Shown here: one piece after another, positions 57,647 through 64,000 of the stretch | Position numbering within the stretch: position 1 is the first letter of the stretch | Layout of the letters: each line of letters opens with the position of its first letter | NCBI GenBank assembly: GCA_026003215.1 | Contig: BPGV01000001.1 | Span: 1,303,089 to 1,367,088, forward strand | Length of the DNA stretch: 64,000 nucleotides | Reading direction: 5' to 3' | Source of the DNA: Bacteroidia bacterium | GTDB taxonomy: Bacteria > Bacteroidota > Bacteroidia > SpSt-205 | Made by a program: the position numbers and the translations under genes | Notes under the pieces: generated by a model | What the model was told of the DNA's origin: nothing | Databases searched by the model: none | The model's input: the letters and a program-made list of their open reading frames with translations, nothing else

Positions 57647-59533
57647 ATGAACTGGCCTGAGGTATTCCTGCACATGAAAGCGGGCACAGCGCTGGACGAA
57701 GCGCACCGCCAACAAGTAGAAGCCGCCCTACACAAGTATCCCTTCTTTGCATTGGGACGAATGATGGCAGCTAAGTTAGCCACGAAGTTAGGGGACCCCC
57801 GGGCACCTCAACTCCGATTTCTGGCCTCTCTGTATGCCCCCGCGCGGCAACACTACGCTTTCTTTTTAGAGGAACGGTTGCGACCTCGTGTGCCGCCACC
57901 TCCTCGCATAGGTCAAGCCTCTGGGCGAGAGGGCACTACCCCTCCCACTTCCTCCAGTAAGCCCCAAGAAGAGAGCGCCTCCAATGACGACTCTGGCCCG
58001 GAACCCATGCCTATATCTAATGCTTTTTGGCCTCCCCTCCACGGGTGGATAGCTGCACGCATAGCCCTATACCACAAGCTCTCTACACGTCTGTGGCACC
58101 AGTTATGCCTCCCCCCCTTAGAGGTCTCTACTTCTCTAAGTCAAGCTGAGGTAGGAGACCTGTCCCCACACGCCGAAGAAAAAGCTTCTGCCTCCCCTGA
58201 ACCTATCCCTATTTCTGAACCCCATCCCGCAGAAGCCCCCCCTCTTACCCCTTCCGCCCAGCTTCCACAGGAAGCGCACCTCACGCCTGAAAACAACCCT
58301 ACATCTATCTCTGCGCCACAAAGCCCTCTCCCCGAGCTTACCCTTCCTTCGTCTTTCTCATTCTCTACTACGGGGGATTTTCAAGAAGAGCTCATCGCTA
58401 CCTTAGAAAAATCTCATACTACACAAGGCAATACAGGCGTTCTCCCTTCTCTACCGCTATCTTCTTCTTTGTTCATACAATTTGAGCTTTCTTCAGCCCT
58501 ACCTCAAAAAACTCCTTCAAGCTCAGCAGAGGAAGGTGCGAAAGAAAAAGAGTTACCCCTCTCCTCAGTCCTCGGAGAAAAGGCGCGCGCTCCTCGGGAG
58601 GAAGCGCCAGCCCAGCCGGAAGCGCCTTCTGCCGAGGCTCTTGGGGAAGCTGACCAGATCGGCTTTTCTCACCTACATCGCCCTTTTATCCCGCTGGAAG
58701 GAGAAGGAAAACCCATCCACTTACCCTCCGAAAGCGAAGCCCCTCTCCCTCCGGATGAGCCTTCCTCTGCCAGTCCGCTATCTCTTGCAGAGGGTATGTC
58801 TCATTTTCATCGGCCATTTATCCCGTTAGAAGAAACCGAAAGTTCCATACACCTATCTGCGGAAGCTCCATCCCTCACCGCCCCCCCTCCTCAGACAGGC
58901 CCTAAGGTGCTCAGTGACTCACCCTTACGCCCCTTTGTGCCCTTAGAGATTGATATAGCCGCTTCTATTCATTTACCTGTGCCAGAGCCCGAGGAAGAAC
59001 CCGCTCACATATCCCCTCCTCCCCTACTTCCTTCTGCCGGCGAGTCTGTCTCTGAAGTTCCCCCAGAAGGCCCCCCTTCTCCTTCGCTTTTATCTTCGCC
59101 CACGTGGCAGTCTTTTCTGAAGGAATTGGAGGGGCAAACGCTTACACCGCTCACCTCCGGTGCTTCTCCTGTCCATGAGCTGGAGCAGCTGCGAAAAGAG
59201 TTTATTCGGCGGCTACTGGCCCAGCGTCCCCAAGCAGCCCTCACCCCGGATAAACCCACCCAGCCCAATGTGATAGACTTATTGATAGAGAAGCTCCATT
59301 CTTTCCCCAAAGCCTCGGCCGAAAGCGGTCCCCCGGAGCTAAGTGCGCCTGTGTGGGAGCCTCCGCCAACACAGCCACTTATTTACACCGAAACGATGGC
59401 CCGGGTATATTGGCGCCAAGGCGATATAGCTCGGGCTATCCAAGTATATGAAGCCCTGTGTAGCAAACACCCCGAAAAAGCCGCCTATTACCAAGAGCAG
59501 ATAGCCCGTATCCGCGCTGGCGAAGCCCCCTGA
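57647..59533 (+). CDS. Conserved TPR-tail protein with a long Pro/Ser/Glu-rich insertion
   Basis: N-terminal KYPFF; C-terminal TETMARVY..QG....AI.VY..L..KHPEK..YY. Confidence 0.7.
   Translation: MNWPEVFLHMKAGTALDEAHRQQVEAALHKYPFFALGRMMAAKLATKLGDPRAPQLRFLASLYAPARQHYAFFLEERLRPRVPPPPRIGQASGREGTTPPTSSSKPQEESASNDDSGPEPMPISNAFWPPLHGWIAARIALYHKLSTRLWHQLCLPPLEVSTSLSQAEVGDLSPHAEEKASASPEPIPISEPHPAEAPPLTPSAQLPQEAHLTPENNPTSISAPQSPLPELTLPSSFSFSTTGDFQEELIATLEKSHTTQGNTGVLPSLPLSSSLFIQFELSSALPQKTPSSSAEEGAKEKELPLSSVLGEKARAPREEAPAQPEAPSAEALGEADQIGFSHLHRPFIPLEGEGKPIHLPSESEAPLPPDEPSSASPLSLAEGMSHFHRPFIPLEETESSIHLSAEAPSLTAPPPQTGPKVLSDSPLRPFVPLEIDIAASIHLPVPEPEEEPAHISPPPLLPSAGESVSEVPPEGPPSPSLLSSPTWQSFLKELEGQTLTPLTSGASPVHELEQLRKEFIRRLLAQRPQAALTPDKPTQPNVIDLLIEKLHSFPKASAESGPPELSAPVWEPPPTQPLIYTETMARVYWRQGDIARAIQVYEALCSKHPEKAAYYQEQIARIRAGEAP
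58664..58980 (+). repeat. Three degenerate in-frame repeats (RPF(I/V)PLE-x5/6-IHL)
   Basis: Units at about 58664-58730, 58796-58860 and 58910-58980; first two similar at DNA level. Confidence 0.7.
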
Positions 59534-59534
59534 C

Positions 59535-60209
59535 ATGTGGGATTGGGTTTTCCCGCCCCTATGTGCCTCTTGCGCAGCACCGCTTCTCCCTGAAGAAAAA
59601 GAAGTATGCTTACGGTGCCTCCTGCGCCTACCGCAAACCCTCTTTTGGCGTAACCCCACCCACAATGAAGCTTACTATCGCTTAGCGCCGCATGCCCCTA
59701 CCCTGCATGGGGCCATAAGCGGATTTTGGTATGTAGAGGGAAGTCCGCTAAGACGATGGGTTCAACTGGCTAAATACCACAACCAACCCGAAGCCTTGTA
59801 TGGAGCAGCTTATTTTTTAGGGAGTCTCCTTCGGCAGGAAGGGATTGTTCCATTTCCCTCGTGGAAGGCGCTACTGGCTGTGCCGATTTCGGAAGCGCGG
59901 TTACGACGGCGGGGGTACAATCAAGCGGAATGGGCGGCCCGAGGCTTAGCCCAAGCGCTGGAAGTGCCCCTCCTTACAGGCCGGTGGCGTCGCCAGCATG
60001 CTACCACTTCTCAGGTAGCCAAAGGGCGGATCCAACGCTGGACCTCTATGGAAGGGGAGTTTATATGCGTAGGGCCTATTCCTTCTCCGGTAGCGGTGGT
60101 AGATGATGTCCTTACCACGGGCGCCACGCTCTCCGCCGCCCTACAAAGCTTACCCCCTGAAACCCACGTATGGGTAGTGACGGTAGGGATTACTCAGCGT
60201 CGCCGCTAA
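59535..60209 (+). CDS. ComF family phosphoribosyltransferase-like protein
   Basis: CxxC...CxxC, RRRGYNQA, VVDDVLTTGATL. Confidence 0.88.
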   Translation: MWDWVFPPLCASCAAPLLPEEKEVCLRCLLRLPQTLFWRNPTHNEAYYRLAPHAPTLHGAISGFWYVEGSPLRRWVQLAKYHNQPEALYGAAYFLGSLLRQEGIVPFPSWKALLAVPISEARLRRRGYNQAEWAARGLAQALEVPLLTGRWRRQHATTSQVAKGRIQRWTSMEGEFICVGPIPSPVAVVDDVLTTGATLSAALQSLPPETHVWVVTVGITQRRR

Positions 60210-60214
60210 CTTTG
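60207..60214 (+). promoter_or_regulatory. -7 element of pdhB, overlapping the comF stop codon
   Basis: TAACTTTG, 4 nt before ATG 60219. Confidence 0.65.
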
Positions 60215-60218
60215 CCCC

Positions 60219-61202
60219 ATGGCTACTATGCAGTTTCGGGAGGCCCTCCGCCAAGCCCTCCGGGAAGAGATGCACCGAGACCCTCGCGTGTTCCTCATGG
60301 GGGAAGAAGTCGGCGAATACAACGGCGCCTACAAAGTGAGTGAAGGCCTCTTAGCCGAGTTTGGCCCTAAGCGGGTGATAGATACGCCTATTTCGGAGTT
60401 AGGGTTTGCGGGGATAGGGGTAGGGGCCGCCATGGTTGGGCTCAGACCCGTGATTGAGTTTATGACCTTCAACTTTGCGCTCTTAGCCATAGACCAAGTA
60501 GTCAATCATGCCGCCAAGATGCTGCACATGAGCGGGGGCCAGTTTTCGGTGCCTATTGTGTTTCGGGGCCCCAGCGGTTCGGCCGGGCAGCTGGCGCAGC
60601 AACATTCCCAATCTTTTGAAAACTGGTACGCCAACGTCCCGGGCCTCAAAGTAGTCTCCCCCAGCACCCCCCGAGACGCCAAAGGCCTCCTCAAAAGCGC
60701 TATTCGGGACGATGACCCCGTGCTCGTCATGGAGTCAGAACTGATGTATGGCATGAAAGGGGAAGTGCCTGAATCAGAAGATTTTCTCATTCCTATTGGG
60801 CAAGCGGATATAAAGCGGGAAGGGTCGGATGTGACGATTGTATGTTTCGGCAAAATGGTGCATGTGGCGTTGGAAGCGGCAGCCCTGTTGGAAAAAGAAG
60901 GGCTTTCCGCCGAAGTGATAGACCTACGGAGCTTGCGCCCCATAGACTATGCTACTATAATCGCTTCGGTACGCCGTACCAACCGCATGGTGGTAGTAGA
61001 AGAGTCCTGGCCACTTGGGGGCATGGCTGCCGAAGTAGCGTTTATGGTCCAAAGACATGCTTTTGATTACTTAGATGCGCCGATAGTACGGATTACGGGG
61101 GCAGATACGCCGATGGCTTATGCACCCACGCTGGTAGAAGCGTATTTACCCAATCCCCGCCAGGTGATTGAAGCGGCTAAGTATGTAGCCTACCAGCTAT
61201 AA
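60219..61202 (+). CDS. pdhB: Pyruvate dehydrogenase E1 beta subunit
   Basis: GEEVGEYNGAYKV, DTPISE.GF, EFMTFNF, QHSQ, DLRSLRP. Confidence 0.93.
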   Translation: MATMQFREALRQALREEMHRDPRVFLMGEEVGEYNGAYKVSEGLLAEFGPKRVIDTPISELGFAGIGVGAAMVGLRPVIEFMTFNFALLAIDQVVNHAAKMLHMSGGQFSVPIVFRGPSGSAGQLAQQHSQSFENWYANVPGLKVVSPSTPRDAKGLLKSAIRDDDPVLVMESELMYGMKGEVPESEDFLIPIGQADIKREGSDVTIVCFGKMVHVALEAAALLEKEGLSAEVIDLRSLRPIDYATIIASVRRTNRMVVVEESWPLGGMAAEVAFMVQRHAFDYLDAPIVRITGADTPMAYAPTLVEAYLPNPRQVIEAAKYVAYQL

Positions 61203-61938
61203 TCTCCCGTCGGGTATATAGGAGAAGGGCTGCAGCGATGGTGACATTGAGGGAGTCGGCCTGCGCCGTAGGAGCTGGTGGAATACACACGCGTGGCCAA
61301 GTGGCAGGAGCGAGGCGGGGGCCATGAGCCTCGCTTCCTATGTATAGGCTATCATAAGCCTGCCAAGCTATCTCCTCAGGAGGCATCCCGGAGAGATCCG
61401 CCACTACACAGCGGTGTTCGTACGCTCTAAGGAGTGCTGCCCAATTCTCCACCCTAAAAGCTTGGACTCGGAAAATGCTTCCCATGCTGGCACGCACTAC
61501 CTTAGGGTGATAGGGATCAACACTTCTTTCGCTAAGCCAGAGGGTATGCCATCCCAGCCATTCCATCGTGCGTAAAAGGGTACCTACATTGCCTGGGTCT
61601 TGGAGGCCTTCGCCGAGCACCGCTGGCGGCATGGCCTCCGGAAGGGGAGGCGCGCACTGGTGCAATACCGCTACTACCCCCTCTGGGTTTTCTTGCTTAC
61701 TAATCCGAGCGATCTGCCAAGCAGGGAGAATAAACACTTTGTTCGCCAAAGGGGGGGGAAGAGCACACGCTTGCGATTCTTGCGCAAGCAAGACCGCATG
61801 AAAGGCTGCCGGCGGAAGGCTTCGTAGTGCCTCCTCCAGCAGCTTCCGCCCTATAGCCAGGTACAGGCGTGTAGCCCGCCGATGCGCCGCCTCGTGTAAA
61901 GCTTCGTAAAATTTAGGCGGATGAGGCAGAAGAGGCAT
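61177..61938 (-). CDS. TrmH/SpoU family RNA methyltransferase
   Basis: QDPGNVGTLLR, RASMGS, IGSEAHG, DSLNV. Confidence 0.88.
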   Translation of the reverse strand: MPLLPHPPKFYEALHEAAHRRATRLYLAIGRKLLEEALRSLPPAAFHAVLLAQESQACALPPPLANKVFILPAWQIARISKQENPEGVVAVLHQCAPPLPEAMPPAVLGEGLQDPGNVGTLLRTMEWLGWHTLWLSERSVDPYHPKVVRASMGSIFRVQAFRVENWAALLRAYEHRCVVADLSGMPPEEIAWQAYDSLYIGSEAHGPRLAPATWPRVCIPPAPTAQADSLNVTIAAALLLYTRREIIAGRLHT

Positions 61939-63796
61939 TAGCCGAATGCAGGCGCGTCTGAAGGCGTTTTATCATCGCCTGCGTGCGCTCCATTTGGGTC
62001 TGGGCCTCAGCAATCTTCTGCTCAAGCTCCTTGCGAAGCGAGTCGCTGGCTTTCCCCTTGGCCAAAAGAGCCAAGGTATTTTGGTACCCCTGGATATCTT
62101 GTTTGTAGCGCGCCACCTGACTCTTAAGTGACTCTATGCTACGCTTGATTTGCTGAGGCGACTGATACGCAACCTGCGCTGAAAACCACGCTTCTTGAAA
62201 CACTTCTTCGGAGATGCCACTATTGGCCAAGAATCGCTGGATAGCTTGGCGCTGGCGATTTTGCAAGCGTTCGCGATGACTAGGGGAAACCTCACCCACT
62301 TGTTCATAGGCTACCAAGCGCTGAACAAACTCCTCTAACTTCTCGGGCGTAGCATGGGCGCTCAGCTCATCCATCTCATTCAAGAGGTGTATCCGTTTCT
62401 CTAAGTTTTCGGTCAGCTTTTGGGCGTAAGCTTTCTGGGCTTCTCGGACGGCCTCTCCCAGCTCTTTTATATGCTGCGTTATCTCTGTAAGGGCTTCTTC
62501 TTTTTGGAAACGATACGCCCGGCGCTTCCACAGGGCTACCTTGGCGCGGTACTGGCGCACAGCTTCCGCCAGTTCTTTCTGGAGAAGCTTCTGGACCTCC
62601 TGCACCAAACGCTTGCCGGCCTCAGCCAAGCGCTGTATTTGCTGACGCCGATATTCCTGATTGAAGGCTTCGGATTTCTCATTAAACGCGTCCAGAAGCT
62701 CACTAAACTGCTGATTGAGGGGGGCATAAAAGCGGCGCACCTCCTTAGAGTCATCTTGGGCAAGCGAGCGTTGGGTGAGAGAGCGCCATTCCCGAATGTA
62801 TTCTCGCACCCGCTGGTTGGCCTGCTTCCATTCCTCCAAGGAAGCGTAGTTTTTTTCTACCAAGGGCCGCAATAGCTCTACAAGCTGCTTTTTACGAGCA
62901 TACGTTTCGCGCAAGACCGGATCCTTCTGGACACGCTGATACGCTTGGGAACGAAAGAGTGCGTACTGCTCTCGGAAACGGCGGACAAGCTGCTTGTATT
63001 GCTGAAAGAGCTCTCTTTCCACTCTATCGCCTAAGTGGGGGAGCGATTGCCATTCGCTCTGGAGCAAAGCCAATCTATCCCTTTGTTGCTGCCAAAACTC
63101 AAAGCTGGTCTGTGCCCCTTCCGGCGGGAAAAGACGCTCTATTTCGGAGCGCAGCTGCTTTCGCCGCTCTAAAATAGAGTTGCGCTCTGCTTCAAAAATA
63201 TCTTTGTACCTTTTATACAAGTCATCAAACTGTCGCAGAAAGTCAGCAAAAGCTGGAACAAGTTCCTTCCTATCCTGAGGCAGAAGGTTCTTACGGAGTT
63301 GGCTCCACTCTCGGGTAATCCGGCGCACACGAGGGAAAGCGTCTAACTGCTCGCTAAGTACTATTTCTTTGAGCTCAGTTAGCAAAGCACGGGCTTTTTC
63401 TGCATTTTCTTTACACTGGCGTTCGTAAGCCTGGCGGTTTTCTTCAAACCGGATGACCGCATCTTCAAACCGCTTCTGGAAAGTCTCCAGGCGCGTAATC
63501 TCCGTCTTGCGACTTTCCGGGGGAAGCTTCTCGGCATGCTGTTTCCATTCTGGCAGCGCCTGATTGACATACCGCTTAAAAGCTTGCACGAGGGAGTTGT
63601 ACGCACGCTGGTAGGGCAGCTGAGCCAAATACTCGGCAAGCAATGCAATTTCTGAAAGATGCGGTTTTTTTTCCGCCAATACGCGCTTCAGCCCTTCAGA
63701 GGTTTCGGCTAAGAGCTCCTCTAAGGTTTTTCGCAGGTGCTCTATCGGCACAAGCGCCTCCGGGCTGGGATTCTCGGAGGGGTGAAACTCCACCAT
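61913..63796 (-). CDS. DUF349-like helical repeat protein
   Basis: Repeated EN..K..L...LQ.EW..(I/L)G-like units; all-helical, charged. Confidence 0.65.
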   Translation of the reverse strand: MVEFHPSENPSPEALVPIEHLRKTLEELLAETSEGLKRVLAEKKPHLSEIALLAEYLAQLPYQRAYNSLVQAFKRYVNQALPEWKQHAEKLPPESRKTEITRLETFQKRFEDAVIRFEENRQAYERQCKENAEKARALLTELKEIVLSEQLDAFPRVRRITREWSQLRKNLLPQDRKELVPAFADFLRQFDDLYKRYKDIFEAERNSILERRKQLRSEIERLFPPEGAQTSFEFWQQQRDRLALLQSEWQSLPHLGDRVERELFQQYKQLVRRFREQYALFRSQAYQRVQKDPVLRETYARKKQLVELLRPLVEKNYASLEEWKQANQRVREYIREWRSLTQRSLAQDDSKEVRRFYAPLNQQFSELLDAFNEKSEAFNQEYRRQQIQRLAEAGKRLVQEVQKLLQKELAEAVRQYRAKVALWKRRAYRFQKEEALTEITQHIKELGEAVREAQKAYAQKLTENLEKRIHLLNEMDELSAHATPEKLEEFVQRLVAYEQVGEVSPSHRERLQNRQRQAIQRFLANSGISEEVFQEAWFSAQVAYQSPQQIKRSIESLKSQVARYKQDIQGYQNTLALLAKGKASDSLRKELEQKIAEAQTQMERTQAMIKRLQTRLHSANASSASSA

Positions 63797-63805
63797 ATAG
63801 CCCGG

Positions 63806-63835
63806 CAAAGGTACAATAGAAATCGCATACTTTTG
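63806..63835. promoter_or_regulatory. Divergent pair of -7 elements
   Basis: Minus TACCTTTG (63813-63806) 9 nt before ATG 63796; plus TACTTTTG (63828-63835) 5 nt before ATG 63841. Confidence 0.65.
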
Positions 63836-63840
63836 TCTAT

Positions 63841-64000
63841 ATGGCTAAGCTCTTAGCCGCGATAGACTATAGTGAAGCTGCCGCCTCGGCTGTCCGAGCG
63901 CTTTTGCCGCTACGCCGCAGCCTCCAAGACACCCTTATACTCTACCATGCTTACCAAATCCCGCGAGGGTTGCCCTTTCTTTCAGCCCATGTGATAGAAC
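63841..64000 (+). CDS. Universal stress protein (truncated by window edge)
   Basis: MAKLLAAIDYSEAA...LILYHAY USP N-terminal pattern. Confidence 0.75.
   Translation, partial: MAKLLAAIDYSEAAASAVRALLPLRRSLQDTLILYHAYQIPRGLPFLSAHVIE

Noticed and set aside
1-64000. CRISPR arrays, tRNA/rRNA, IS or prophage genes, defence systems, and the many short alternative-frame ORFs
   Set aside because: No repeat-spacer pattern, RNA gene signature, transposase, integrase or phage gene seen; short ORFs are shadows of well-supported genes.

Overview
A very gene-dense chromosomal window with about 55 CDS and intergenic gaps mostly under 60 bp. It most likely comes from a Bacteroidota genome, possibly a thermophile (inference). 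Evidence for Bacteroidota: TAnnTTTG promoters, a T9SS C-terminal domain protein, signal peptides cleaved before Gln, a fused E1alpha/beta, and the miaB-sigma54 EBP-lptE-TPR block. Content is mostly housekeeping and amino-acid catabolism (branched-chain 2-oxoacid dehydrogenase E1/E2, acyl-CoA carboxylase beta, thiolase, hppD, hmgA, proline dehydrogenase, sucC, sucD, valS, tyrS, frr, queC, miaB, trmB, mutL, ruvC), plus envelope and signalling proteins. I found no RNA genes, CRISPR arrays, phage or IS elements. The most striking signal is regulatory. In 17 genes a perfect Bacteroidota -7 promoter element lies only 3-5 nt before the start codon, and about 6 more have near-matches. Most remaining genes overlap or abut the upstream stop codon. 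This suggests expression is built largely on leaderless mRNAs plus translational coupling. Other items: a candidate sigma54 promoter that also appears leaderless, two candidate operators, a TonB-dependent receptor with no canonical start codon, and several degenerate or expanded proteins.
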